NCBI GenBank assembly: GCA_045601705.1
Contig: JAZSAE010000053.1
Location: 1-54,027 of the forward strand
DNA: 54,027 nt
Origin: Clostridia bacterium
Lineage (GTDB): Bacteria; Bacillota; Clostridia; Christensenellales; UBA1242
Direction: 5' to 3'
The position numbers and the translations under genes are program-made. Shown piece by piece: positions 1 to 9,850 of the stretch; position 1 is the first letter of the stretch, and every line of letters begins with the position of its first letter. The notes under the pieces are model-generated. The model made no database searches, was not told where the DNA came from, and was given only the letters and a program-made list of their open reading frames with translations.

Positions 1-221
1 TTTTTATTACGACAACTTATATATAAGAAGAATGTTCTTGTATATATTTTTTTGATAGTCACTATAACTTCGTAAAAGTTTTGTTTTGCGAAGTTTTATA
101 AGTATGTGTTATTTTAATACAAATAACTATTCTATCAATTACTTTGATGGTTTCTAAAAGTTTTTAAATTTATTGTCTAAAACTTTCGTATAAAAAAAAT
201 ATTTTTTCACAAAATATTTAT

Positions 222-731
222 ATGGATATGATGGAAATCATGAACAGCTCACAACCACAAAACAAAAAACTAAAACCGTGGATGATTGCACTTATAATAA
301 TTGGCAGTACTCTACTAATCGGTGTTGTTGGCTCATTACTGGGCGGCAAAATGAAAGACACATACATACAACCACCTATGTCCCCTGCAGACTGGGTTTT
401 TCCAGTAGTTTGGACGATTAACTATATAGCAATTGGTTTTGCAGCCTTTTTAACATATCAGGCTAATCAAGTCGCTGCAAGACGACGTAATGACTTAATT
501 TGGTATGGTATTCATTTATTCTTTAATTTACTGTGGCCACTTTTCTTCTTCCGTTTAGAATTACTTGCTTTTTCGATTATTTGGTTAGTTTTAAATATTG
601 TTTCTGCTATCATTGTTGCTTGTAGATTTTATAAATCGAATCTAATTGCTGGAATTATTATAATTATCTATATTATGTGGCTTTTCTACGCTTTTTATTT
701 AAATTGTGGTGTTATGGTATTAAATGTTTAA
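222..731 (+). CDS. tspO: TspO/MBR family tryptophan-rich sensory membrane protein
   Basis: 169-aa ORF with about five hydrophobic segments. Trp/aromatic-rich motifs WVFPVVWTINY and LLWPLFFF are typical of TspO. A hairpin terminator follows. Confidence 0.8.
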   Translation: MDMMEIMNSSQPQNKKLKPWMIALIIIGSTLLIGVVGSLLGGKMKDTYIQPPMSPADWVFPVVWTINYIAIGFAAFLTYQANQVAARRRNDLIWYGIHLFFNLLWPLFFFRLELLAFSIIWLVLNIVSAIIVACRFYKSNLIAGIIIIIYIMWLFYAFYLNCGVMVLNV

Positions 732-754
732 AATAACAACTACCCCATTATTTG

Positions 755-787
755 AACGAGTTAATAGATTTGGATTAACTCGTTTTT
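755..787 (+). terminator. Rho-independent terminator after tspO
   Basis: 10-bp perfect stem aacgagttaa/ttaactcgtt (755-764 / 775-784), 10-nt loop, then a T-run to 787. It overlaps the stop codon of the convergent MBL gene. Confidence 0.55.
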
Positions 788-1574
788 AATTTATATCAAT
801 AATTGATAAATCATCTGGAACAAAAACATTCCCTGTAAAATACCGTTTTGCATTTTTAATATACATTTCTTCCCTTAAATCTAAATTATCAGTTTCTGTA
901 TGCAATAAAACTAAATTTTTGGCGTTAACTCGGTGTGCAATTTTTGCAGCTTCACCGACTGTACTATGACTCATTGAGTGTACTTTGTATTTTTCACCAT
1001 CTTCATCTAAACAGAAAGCATTATGTAGCAACCATTTACAATGGTTCATTTTGAGAAAATTATCTTCAACCAACGGCTCATCGCCACAAAAAACAATTTC
1101 ATTGTTATTTAAACTAAATCCAAATTGTGTTTGTTTTTCGGCTTTTGTATCAAAAAAACGAACTGATAAACCACAAATACTTTTTGTTTCGTTATCATCA
1201 ACTGCTATAAATTTAATATTAGGTAAAATATTTTTTTCATCGAAGACCAAATCTCGAATTGTTTTAATCGCTAAAATTGTTCTTTTGTTTGCATAAATGT
1301 TACAATCTCCGTGATATTTTCCTTTGCGAATCGCACCACATATTTTCTTTAAAACCCAAACAATACCTATAATATGATCAGGATGACTATGACTAATAAA
1401 GATATCATGTATGTCAGTTAATTTTATCCCTGTACTTAACAAGCGACCTAGAATTTGATTTCCACCCCCACCGTCAATTAAAAAGTATTCATTATTATTT
1501 TCAATACAAAAACAAGTATTATAACAATGTTCGTTAAAATTACCATTTGCCGTACCTAAAATAATGAGTTTCAT
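786..1574 (-). CDS. MBL-fold metallo-hydrolase (RNase Z-like)
   Basis: 262-aa ORF with the HxHxDH motif (ISHSHPDH) and downstream His/Asp residues typical of the metallo-beta-lactamase fold. Confidence 0.75.
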   Translation of the reverse strand: MKLIILGTANGNFNEHCYNTCFCIENNNEYFLIDGGGGNQILGRLLSTGIKLTDIHDIFISHSHPDHIIGIVWVLKKICGAIRKGKYHGDCNIYANKRTILAIKTIRDLVFDEKNILPNIKFIAVDDNETKSICGLSVRFFDTKAEKQTQFGFSLNNNEIVFCGDEPLVEDNFLKMNHCKWLLHNAFCLDEDGEKYKVHSMSHSTVGEAAKIAHRVNAKNLVLLHTETDNLDLREEMYIKNAKRYFTGNVFVPDDLSIIDIN

Positions 1575-1609
1575 TAGTTTATAATATCATAAATTTAATA
1601 TTTATGGAA

Positions 1610-4300
1610 TTAAATACGTGGCTTACGGAATGCCATCATTAAGAATAATACTGAACCACCGAACAAAAACAAAGCAACAACACTACCACCACCCCAAACT
1701 GTTATATCTAATAAATTCTTTTTAGGATTCTCAATTTTACCTTCTGATTTTTCTTCTGGTACTGTTCTTTCAAAGTAAACTAATAATTCAACATCTGACG
1801 TAACATTAGATAACTGATATGTATTATCATCAAGTTCTAAAACAACATCATCGCAAGTAACAGTTTTAATAGCATAATTTTTATCTGGCTTAAAAATAAA
1901 AGAAATGTCTTCACCATAAGTTACCGATTTACTGTTTGGTGTAACAATACCTTTTCCAACAACCTTAACAGTAACTAAATAAGTTTTCAATGTTGGATAA
2001 GCAGTTAGTGTAATATCGGTTGCTGGCATTTCAAAAGTTTGGTTTGCAATACTTTCATTGAAACCATTGATTAAAATATCTTCACTAATTTTCCAAATAT
2101 ACCAATTGTATTTTTCTTCCAAGGTTGGAATAATTTCTACAGTATCACCAAACAAATACTCACCTGCACCAATAATACTTACAAAACCTTGGCTTGGTTG
2201 TTGAATTGTAATCTTATATTTATTGCGTTTATAATAAATGTTTAATGTTGTAGAATCTGTAACTGTAATTTGTTCAAATTCTATAACAGTAAATCCTGTA
2301 TAATCTTTTGCTTTACCTTCTGTTAAAAAACCTAATCGAGTATAAAGAGTTTCACTTTCATATAAATTATAATTTTGATAATCTGGAACAGTGTCCGGAT
2401 TATTTAAATCATAAATTGGTTCGATGTAATGATTAACGATATATGCAACCTCTTCAGTCGCAAATTCAACTTTAAGATTGTGATGTTTAGAAGGATTGGT
2501 AATTGTATAACTTGTAACGTGATTAACGTCCGGTAAAATTGTTTCATCTAAATAAACAGCTGAAACATAATATCTTTCGTCGGGGTAAAATTCAACTGTA
2601 ACAGGCTCATTTTCCATAAATAAATTAAACCCATCTAATGATGCTGTTCCATGTGCACCAGATTGAACATCAACTGTTACATATTCAGGAATTAAACCAT
2701 CAAAAATTGGCATACCATAACCATAATAAGAATCCTTTCCGGGATTACCTAAATCAAGAATTGTTGGCGTATTTTTATATGTACCAGATAAGATCTGTTC
2801 GATTTCAGCCATTGTGTAATTATGCATTGGGTCAGATTTTAACAATGCAATATATCCAGCTACGTGTGGTGCAGCCATTGATGTGCCACTTTTAAAATCA
2901 GTAGCACCATCCACATAAGCACTATTAATACTTGAACCAGGTGCAGCAACATCAACTAAATTTCCAATATTTGAATAATTAGCAAGTGTTAAATTTGGAT
3001 TAAGTGCACTAACCGTAATGGCATTTTCAATTTTTGCAGGAAGATAATTAACCACATCATCATGCATTTCATTACCTGCCGCAACAACACAAAAAGTTTC
3101 ACAATTATAAAAACTTTGAAAAATTGATACTAAATAACTATGTAAATTGTTTGTAAGGAAATTAGATTCCATACCAAAACTCATATTTATTGCCGCAATA
3201 TTATAAGTTTGACACATAGTATATAAATACTCAATAGCATTATACAAACCAAGTGTTGAACCAACTACATTTGCCGATTCATCAGTTGATAAAAATTTAA
3301 TTGGTAAAATTTTCACATTTGGTAATGTCATATCACAAATAATACCGGAACAATGTGTTCCGTGACTATCATCATCTTCAAATGCATAGCCTGTTTTATT
3401 CACTCCTGTATAATCCATACCGATGTATTTACCATCATCACCAACTAACAACCGATCTTTAAACCAAGGATGATCTGTATCAATGCCAGTATCAAGAACA
3501 GCAACAACAACTTCTGGAAGTTTTGTATAATTATTATTATTTGCATTTAAAACATCTACAATATACTGTGAATACTCTGGAACTCCCATCGCTGCTACAC
3601 CCCACGATTCATATGAAAATGTATCAGTTAATCCAAGTGGTGTTAATTGCTGCTCTGGTTCAACATCTTTCTCAACCCAACATAAACCATCAACACTAAC
3701 AGATGTAATATCTGCACAATTAGAGTAATAATTATATGCATCTCGAGTATTAAATTCATTATCAAACTGTAAAACATATAAATTATCAAAGTTAATAACA
3801 GCCACTGCTTCATGTTTATCAAAATTTGAATTTTGCGTTTCTACAATTAAACGTTTTGTTGCAAATTGTTTTGTTAAGACCATATTATGGTCGCCTGTAG
3901 TAACATTATATCCCGTACTTATTGCTAAATCATCCAAACGATATAATCTTTCCGAATTAGAAAGCAAACTAACAGCCTGGCTTTTCCCCAAAAATGTTCT
4001 TGGATTACTTTCAGTTAACGCAGAAAATTTTACATCAGATACTAAACATTCGCCGTTGTCACCAAATACTACATCTTCATCTTTTTCAAAAAAAATCACA
4101 GAATTTTCAGCAATTGCATTTTCTCTGACAATTGTTGTTAATGCTGACATAAAATCTTTATAATTTTGTATTTTTACTGTAGAAACGTTCGCTGAAACAT
4201 TTACATTATTTAATCTACTAAAATTAACAATAAATACAGCACTAACTAAAACAAAAATTAGTAAAAAATAAAAACTTAAATTGCGAATTGTTTTTTTCAT
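1610..4300 (-). CDS. S8 family (subtilisin-like) serine peptidase with C-terminal repeat domains and a C-terminal TM anchor
   Basis: 896 aa with an N-terminal signal/TM segment. Catalytic motifs: VLDTGIDTDHP (Asp), HGTHCSGI (His), AAGNE (oxyanion Asn), SGTSMAAPHVAG (Ser). The C-terminal ~300 aa are beta-rich repeats, followed by a hydrophobic helix and an RKPRI tail. Confidence 0.85.
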   Translation of the reverse strand: MKKTIRNLSFYFLLIFVLVSAVFIVNFSRLNNVNVSANVSTVKIQNYKDFMSALTTIVRENAIAENSVIFFEKDEDVVFGDNGECLVSDVKFSALTESNPRTFLGKSQAVSLLSNSERLYRLDDLAISTGYNVTTGDHNMVLTKQFATKRLIVETQNSNFDKHEAVAVINFDNLYVLQFDNEFNTRDAYNYYSNCADITSVSVDGLCWVEKDVEPEQQLTPLGLTDTFSYESWGVAAMGVPEYSQYIVDVLNANNNNYTKLPEVVVAVLDTGIDTDHPWFKDRLLVGDDGKYIGMDYTGVNKTGYAFEDDDSHGTHCSGIICDMTLPNVKILPIKFLSTDESANVVGSTLGLYNAIEYLYTMCQTYNIAAINMSFGMESNFLTNNLHSYLVSIFQSFYNCETFCVVAAGNEMHDDVVNYLPAKIENAITVSALNPNLTLANYSNIGNLVDVAAPGSSINSAYVDGATDFKSGTSMAAPHVAGYIALLKSDPMHNYTMAEIEQILSGTYKNTPTILDLGNPGKDSYYGYGMPIFDGLIPEYVTVDVQSGAHGTASLDGFNLFMENEPVTVEFYPDERYYVSAVYLDETILPDVNHVTSYTITNPSKHHNLKVEFATEEVAYIVNHYIEPIYDLNNPDTVPDYQNYNLYESETLYTRLGFLTEGKAKDYTGFTVIEFEQITVTDSTTLNIYYKRNKYKITIQQPSQGFVSIIGAGEYLFGDTVEIIPTLEEKYNWYIWKISEDILINGFNESIANQTFEMPATDITLTAYPTLKTYLVTVKVVGKGIVTPNSKSVTYGEDISFIFKPDKNYAIKTVTCDDVVLELDDNTYQLSNVTSDVELLVYFERTVPEEKSEGKIENPKKNLLDITVWGGGSVVALFLFGGSVLFLMMAFRKPRI

Positions 4301-4355
4301 TCGTTATTTTCCTAAAAAATTATCATTGATTCTTAATTTTTTGTCAATGAATTGA

Positions 4356-4384
4356 TTGACAAGTATAAAAACATATAGTATATT
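4356..4384 (+). promoter_or_regulatory. sigma-A type promoter for tRNA-Asp
   Basis: TTGACA (4356-4361), 17-nt spacer, TATATT (4379-4384). The tRNA 5' end lies 10 nt downstream. Confidence 0.5.
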
Positions 4385-4394
4385 AATAATGTTT

Positions 4395-4471
4395 GGCCCG
4401 CTAGCTCAGTTGGTTAGAGCGCATGCCTGTCACGCATGAGGTCGACAGTTCAAGTCTGTTGCGGGTCGCCA
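4395..4471 (+). tRNA. tRNA-Asp (anticodon GTC), CCA encoded
   Basis: Hand-folded cloverleaf. Acceptor GGCCCGC/GCGGGTC (one G-U pair), D stem GCTC/GAGC, anticodon stem CATGC/GCATG with loop CTGTCAC, T arm GACAG-TTCAAGT-CTGTT, discriminator G plus CCA. Confidence 0.9.
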
Positions 4472-4534
4472 TTCATACACAGTATTAGTTTGTGGAATTT
4501 TAATCAAAATATTATTTTTTGTGTTTTATGTAAA

Positions 4535-5731
4535 TTATATATAAGACCATTTTTGTGGCATTGTGCGATTTTGTTTAAACCAATCAGTATTTTTCAAAAC
4601 TGTTGTATTATTCGAACACATAAGTTTAATTTCAGAATCATCTCCATTTGCATAAAAAATAATGTTTCCATTTAAAGAACAAAAAGAATTATTCTTTTCA
4701 ACATAAGCTAATGTAACATAGACTTTTGATGTATACTGCGCAATACGATTAACAAATTCTTGAGTTGGAAAATTATATTTTTTCGCACCGGCACAACAAT
4801 TTACTCCAACATTTTTTGGTTGAATTTTTTTTAATAAAGTTTCACTAGAACTAGTTTTAGAACCGTGATGCCCTGCTTTATATAATTCAACAGGTTGTAA
4901 TGTATTTAACGTAACCAAGGATGCCTCGCCTTCGGCTTCTAGGTCGCCTGTAAATAAATAATATTTGTCATTATTTTGAATAATTTGACAACAAACTGAG
5001 TGATTATTTTCAGTCGAAGATATTTCACGATAAAAACACTGGTCTAATATTTCTAATTCAATATTATTACTTAACTGATATTTCTTTTGAGCTCCATTCG
5101 TTTCAGCAATACAATCTTGTGCCGTATAGATTTTTGTACCACAACGTGCTTGAAGTTCACTTACTTCACGTAGGTAATTTTGGTAAATTTGATTTGTAGC
5201 CGTATTATCAGTTACTTGTGCAAATTGAATTACAGTTTTAATGTTGTAAATATCAAAAAGACTTGTTTCATCTTCGGTAGTTGCAAAACCAGCATAGTGG
5301 TCTTTGTGTGCATGTGTTACAATCACATATTCAAGAATATCGTCTTCAATATATTGGTTTATATAGTTTTTTATAACCGGAATTGAACTTTTATCCGAAC
5401 CTGCATCAATCAAAATTTCTGTATTCCCTGCCTTAATTAAGGTACAATCACCATCGGTTTTATTACCAAGTTCTAAGAAATGAACAGACAATTCTTGATT
5501 TTTTATGAGATTAACATCAATAGTGGTTTTATTATTTTTGTCATCTGGATGAAAAATATTTGGAAATAAACTATAACCACCATATAAAACTAATGTTAGA
5601 ATAACAAGACAAATAAAAACACAAAAAAGTGGGCTCATTTTACTACGAGAAAATTTACGTGCCCGACTTGTATATCTTCGGTTTTTATTTTGATAATTAC
5701 TTCTTTGTGGATTACGATATCGTGCCATCAA
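4535..5731 (-). CDS. Membrane-anchored MBL-fold hydrolase, ComEC/Rec2 C-terminal-domain-like
   Basis: 398 aa with a basic N-terminal tail plus one TM helix. Motifs VIVTHAHKDHYAG and YKAGHHGSKTSS resemble the ComEC-type beta-lactamase domain. Confidence 0.7.
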   Translation of the reverse strand: MMARYRNPQRSNYQNKNRRYTSRARKFSRSKMSPLFCVFICLVILTLVLYGGYSLFPNIFHPDDKNNKTTIDVNLIKNQELSVHFLELGNKTDGDCTLIKAGNTEILIDAGSDKSSIPVIKNYINQYIEDDILEYVIVTHAHKDHYAGFATTEDETSLFDIYNIKTVIQFAQVTDNTATNQIYQNYLREVSELQARCGTKIYTAQDCIAETNGAQKKYQLSNNIELEILDQCFYREISSTENNHSVCCQIIQNNDKYYLFTGDLEAEGEASLVTLNTLQPVELYKAGHHGSKTSSSETLLKKIQPKNVGVNCCAGAKKYNFPTQEFVNRIAQYTSKVYVTLAYVEKNNSFCSLNGNIIFYANGDDSEIKLMCSNNTTVLKNTDWFKQNRTMPQKWSYI

Positions 5732-5772
5732 TATAGCATTGTAACATCAAATAAAAAAAAATAAAATTTTTT

Positions 5773-6069
5773 TTAATCTTGCTTTGTGTTTGTTTGACTA
5801 CTTGATGATTTTGTATATGAATTTGAATTTGATTTTGATGAAGTTACACAAGTTTTGTTGTTTGAATTTGTAGAATTGTTTTTTTTCTTTTTTCCACTAA
5901 ATTGCATACCTGTATCATCAATCCAACCTGCTAAACTACTACTCATTTCAATAAAGGTATCTTTTATTGTTTTACCAATAATTTTCATTGGGTTATTTTT
6001 TTTGTTTTTGTTGGTGGTAGTTGTTTTATTTTGTTTTTCCATATCTCTAGTATGCGTTGCTTGTGGCAA
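5773..6069 (-). CDS. Hypothetical low-complexity (Ser/Asn/Lys/Thr-rich) small protein; start uncertain (internal Met at 5988 possible)
   Basis: ORF only. It is co-oriented and immediately upstream of the ComEC-like gene, and no domain is recognised. Confidence 0.3.
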   Translation of the reverse strand: MPQATHTRDMEKQNKTTTTNKNKKNNPMKIIGKTIKDTFIEMSSSLAGWIDDTGMQFSGKKKKNNSTNSNNKTCVTSSKSNSNSYTKSSSSQTNTKQD

Positions 6070-6241
6070 AATATACGGACAAAAGCATAAAAATACTTAT
6101 GACAATCAATTCTGACTTTTACGAAAGCAATGAAGCGAATCTATTATCACAAGCATACAACGAATCATTTACTCAATCAAAAAACAATGACTTACTATTT
6201 TTGATTTGCTTATTTTTAACACTATATATATAATTATTTTA

Positions 6242-7426
6242 ATGAATAAAATACAAAAGTTAATTAAAGACGAAAACAAAAGACAATGGAGCAAAATCAA
6301 TTTAATTGCCAGCGAAAACATTGCTAGCAAAAATGTAATGGCTGCTATGGGTAGTTGTCTAACCAATAAATTTGCTGTAGGTTATCCAGGTGCACGCTAC
6401 TATTCAGGTTGTGAAGTTGTAGACCAAGTAGAAAATTATTGTCGTGATTTAGCTTGTAAATTATTTGAAGCTGACCATGCCAACGTACAACCACACTGTG
6501 GGTCAGCAGCAAATATGGCTGTATATTTTGCTTTATTAAAACCTGGTGATACGATTTTATCAATGTCATTGGATGCAGGTGGACATTTAACTCACGGTGC
6601 TAAAGTTTCATTCTCAGGTAAACTTTATAATGTTGTTAATTATGGATTGGATAAAGATGGAATCTTGGATTATAAAAATTTAGAAAAATTAGCAAAACAA
6701 CATAAACCACAAATCATCGTAGCTGGTTGTAGTGCATATAGTTTGGTAATTGATTTCGAACGCATCGCTAAGTTAGCAAAATCAATTGGTGCGTACTTTA
6801 TGGTCGATATGGCACACTTTGCTGGTTTAGTTGCAGCAGGTCTTTACCCTAACCCAATGAAATGGGCTGATGTTGTAACAACCACCACACATAAAACATT
6901 ACGTGGACCACGTGGTGGAATGATTCTCTGTAAAGAAGAATTCGCTAAAGCTATTGATAAAGCAGTCTTTCCTGGTTCACAAGGTGGACCTTTAATGCAC
7001 GTCATTGCTGCAAAAGCTGTGTGTTTAGAAGAAGCTTTTACACCAAATTATCGTCGCTATATGGAGAAAGTTGTCCAAAATACAAATTACTTATGTGAAG
7101 AATTAAAAAAAGCTGGAATCAAAATTATTTCTGAAAAAACTGAAACTCATTTGTTCTTAATTGATTTGAGAGATACAAACAAATCAGGACGTCAAGTCCA
7201 AGATGAACTTGAACAAAAATTTGGTATTGTAACAAACAAAAACAAAATTCAAGATGATCCACGCACAGCTATGGAAACCAGTGGCGTTCGTATTGGTTTA
7301 CCATTTATTACAAATTTAAAGAAAGTTAATCGTAATGTATTAAATGAAATTAAAGAATGTATCGTATCTGTTGTTTTAGACAAACCTGAACCTGTTTTAA
7401 AATACATTCCTAAAATTTTTAAGTAA
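6242..7426 (+). CDS. glyA: Serine hydroxymethyltransferase
   Basis: Motifs NLIASEN, GYPGARYY, HLTHG and THKTLRGPRGG (PLP lysine). Start placed at ATG 6242 (MNKIQKLIKDE...), because the upstream extension of the ORF is hydrophobic junk. Confidence 0.93.
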   Translation: MNKIQKLIKDENKRQWSKINLIASENIASKNVMAAMGSCLTNKFAVGYPGARYYSGCEVVDQVENYCRDLACKLFEADHANVQPHCGSAANMAVYFALLKPGDTILSMSLDAGGHLTHGAKVSFSGKLYNVVNYGLDKDGILDYKNLEKLAKQHKPQIIVAGCSAYSLVIDFERIAKLAKSIGAYFMVDMAHFAGLVAAGLYPNPMKWADVVTTTTHKTLRGPRGGMILCKEEFAKAIDKAVFPGSQGGPLMHVIAAKAVCLEEAFTPNYRRYMEKVVQNTNYLCEELKKAGIKIISEKTETHLFLIDLRDTNKSGRQVQDELEQKFGIVTNKNKIQDDPRTAMETSGVRIGLPFITNLKKVNRNVLNEIKECIVSVVLDKPEPVLKYIPKIFK

Positions 7427-7446
7427 TTTTTATAATTTATTTTTTA

Positions 7447-8601
7447 TTATTTGTTAGTTTGTAAATCATTGCATTCAATTTTTTTGTAGCAATTTTCTAC
7501 TAATTCTTCAAAATTTAATTTTTGCTCTTCTGCTAGAACACGCTCTAGAGATGGTTTAATAGTTGGATGTGATGGAACAAATACTGTACAACAATCTTCG
7601 TAAGGCAAAATACTAATTTGATAAGTTTGGATTTGTTTTGCTAAATGAATAATTTCATCTTTATCAAAACAAATCAATGGTCGAAGAATTGGTAATTTTT
7701 TAGCAACAAAATTATTACTAGTAATACCTTGAATAGTTTGACTGGCAACCTGAGCCAAATTTTCACCAGTAATAATACAATCTGCAGAATGCTCCACACC
7801 AATTTTTTCAGACAACGCAATCATAAAGCGACGCATAATCGTAATAGTAAATTCGTCGTGGCAATTTTTTTGAATTTGAGAACCAACTTCCGTAAAAGGA
7901 ACAATATAAAGTTTTCCCATATTACCATACTGATTTACTTGTTGGCATAGAGAAATAACTTTTTGTAATGCAAGTTCACTAGTATATGGTGGTGTTGTGA
8001 AATGAACAAAATCGACTGTTAACCCACGTTTCATAGCTAAAAAAGCGGCGACAGGACTATCAATACCACCCGAAATTAAGCAAAGTGCACGTCCTGAAAC
8101 ACCTACTGGTAAACCACCCAAACCACGTTCTACTCCTGTTGAAACATACGCTATACCATTATGACGAATTTCAACTTGAACTGCTGTATCTGGTTGTTGA
8201 ACATCAACCTTAGCTTGTGGGTTGTTTTTTAAAATTACATCACCACATTGTGGTGCAAAAATAGGACTCTTTATTGGAAAATTTTTATCAGCACGATTTA
8301 CAATTACTTTAAATGTACCGTTAATTTTTACTGTTGATAAGTAATTCAAAATATCTTCTGGTTTTTGGAAATTAACAGTTTCACAAACACGAATACTTGT
8401 TAAACCGAAAACTTTTTTTAATTGCGCAACAATTGACTGAGCATCTGTAAATTCACTAACAACTACTCTAGTATCGTTAACGTCAGTCTTAACTGTTTCT
8501 GGTAAAGATTGACGAATATTTTTCATCAATGTGCGTAAAAAATACCCACGATTAGCGCCTTTTAAGTGTATTTCCCCATAACTACATACTATAACGCTCA
8601 T
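7447..8601 (-). CDS. thiI: tRNA 4-thiouridine(8) synthase ThiI (no rhodanese domain)
   Basis: 384 aa with a THUMP-like N-terminus, PP-loop SGGIDSPVAA and a C-terminal CCTVF motif. Confidence 0.88.
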   Translation of the reverse strand: MSVIVCSYGEIHLKGANRGYFLRTLMKNIRQSLPETVKTDVNDTRVVVSEFTDAQSIVAQLKKVFGLTSIRVCETVNFQKPEDILNYLSTVKINGTFKVIVNRADKNFPIKSPIFAPQCGDVILKNNPQAKVDVQQPDTAVQVEIRHNGIAYVSTGVERGLGGLPVGVSGRALCLISGGIDSPVAAFLAMKRGLTVDFVHFTTPPYTSELALQKVISLCQQVNQYGNMGKLYIVPFTEVGSQIQKNCHDEFTITIMRRFMIALSEKIGVEHSADCIITGENLAQVASQTIQGITSNNFVAKKLPILRPLICFDKDEIIHLAKQIQTYQISILPYEDCCTVFVPSHPTIKPSLERVLAEEQKLNFEELVENCYKKIECNDLQTNK

Positions 8602-9062
8602 TTGTTTTTACGTGCCTCAATTTTTGATAAAATTTTTTCTGCTTTTTTCTTATAAGGATTATCTAGATAAAAATCAAAATCATTCAATACTTGATCTAAA
8701 TCAAAATCATTATCTTGATTTAATAATTGAAAAAAGTCATTTTGCAAATCTTGATTTTCAGATGTTAAAATATAATTCAATAAATTTGCTAAACAAATTT
8801 CCGGATTATATTTTGAAGTATAACGTTCTGCCGAAATCTTGGTAGCATAGGCTTCAATATCTTTTAATCGTTGGGATGCAGTATTTTCAAGTTCTGATTC
8901 TTGTGTTGCTTCATCTAAAACACTAACAGTATCAATGTTTACATCTTCTTGTACTTGTTCTTCAATTGGTGAAACCACATAAGAACTTGGAAATGGAATA
9001 ATCAAAGATTCAAATTCTTGATCAAATTCATTGATTAACTGATTTAAATAAGTGTTTGTCAT
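8598..9062 (-). CDS. Hypothetical acidic protein
   Basis: 154-aa Asp/Glu/Asn-rich ORF. A 4-nt overlap with the thiI start suggests coupling. No domain is recognised. Confidence 0.45.
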   Translation of the reverse strand: MTNTYLNQLINEFDQEFESLIIPFPSSYVVSPIEEQVQEDVNIDTVSVLDEATQESELENTASQRLKDIEAYATKISAERYTSKYNPEICLANLLNYILTSENQDLQNDFFQLLNQDNDFDLDQVLNDFDFYLDNPYKKKAEKILSKIEARKNK

Positions 9063-9840
9063 TTTGTGATAATTTCCCCTTTTTATTCAATATCAATAAT
9101 ACCACACCAATCACGATTAATGCAATACTTAAAACAAAAGAAACTCGGTTAAAAACAAAATCTGCATTTGTTCCAGGGAATAATAAACTATCCGTACGTA
9201 ATGGTTCAATTATAGCCCGAACAAATCCATACCAAATTAAATAACTTGCCGTGGTTGTTCCAAATTTATTTTGTTTTTTGAAAACATAAAACAAAAACCA
9301 AAAGCCAATAAAATTTAAAATACTTTCATAAAAGAAGGTTGCTAAGTGATATTCTTGCAAAGCATCTATATAAACAGTAAATGGGAAACAATGCCAGCCT
9401 ATTGCAACTCCAAATGCTTCTTGATTAAAAAAATTACCCCAACGACCAATACTTTGTCCTAAAATCAAAGCGATAACAACCATATCTGTGATTACAAATG
9501 GACTACATTTTTTTATTGCACAATAAATCATTATCCCAATCAGACCACCAATCTCTGCACCATAAATTGCCAAACCTTGAAAACCACCATTAGATAAATT
9601 AAAAAAATCAACCATAGTTAATTGGTCAGAAAAAACGATATAATACATACGTGCACCTAGAATAGCCAAAGGAACAACAAATAAAATTAAGACATATGGA
9701 ATATTATTATCATAGCCACGTTGACGACATAAATAATCGCATATAATTATGCCTATCAATAAACCAACAGCAATAATAATACCGTAATAAGTAATATTTA
9801 GACCCAAAAATTGAAATCCCACATTTGGATTATAACACAT
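9028..9840 (-). CDS. lgt: Prolipoprotein diacylglyceryl transferase
   Basis: 270-aa polytopic membrane protein with motifs GARMYY and GRWGNFFNQEAFG. Confidence 0.9.
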   Translation of the reverse strand: MCYNPNVGFQFLGLNITYYGIIIAVGLLIGIIICDYLCRQRGYDNNIPYVLILFVVPLAILGARMYYIVFSDQLTMVDFFNLSNGGFQGLAIYGAEIGGLIGIMIYCAIKKCSPFVITDMVVIALILGQSIGRWGNFFNQEAFGVAIGWHCFPFTVYIDALQEYHLATFFYESILNFIGFWFLFYVFKKQNKFGTTTASYLIWYGFVRAIIEPLRTDSLLFPGTNADFVFNRVSFVLSIALIVIGVVLLILNKKGKLSQNDKHLFKSVNQ

Positions 9841-9850
9841 AGAATAAAAT

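Noticed and set aside
1-221. Repeated CTTCGTAAAAG, CTTTCGTATAAAA and GCGAAGTTTT motifs upstream of tspO, considered as possible operator repeats.
   Set aside because: The repeats are short and imperfect in very AT-rich DNA at the window edge. There is not enough context to distinguish them from chance.
4472-4550. AT-rich segment after tRNA-Asp containing TTATGTAAA, considered as a dif-like or att-like site.
   Set aside because: Only a short partial resemblance to the Bacillus dif right arm, with no matching left arm. No integrase is nearby.
6099-6233. 44-codon plus-strand ORF in the glyA leader, with a hydrophobic C-terminal tail (…DLLFLICLFLTLYI), ending 8 nt before the glyA ATG. It could be a uORF or a type-I-toxin-like peptide.
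   Set aside because: No SD-like sequence precedes its ATG, and the composition is what AT-rich intergenic DNA yields by chance. It cannot be supported without conservation or Ribo-seq data.
6070-6241. Possible riboswitch or T-box upstream of glyA (ZTP, THF or T-box); likewise a T-box upstream of alaS.
   Set aside because: I saw no T-box specifier or AGGGUGGNACCGCG-like motif and no GC-rich ZTP/THF core elements in the 170-nt glyA leader. alaS has only 14 nt of upstream spacer.
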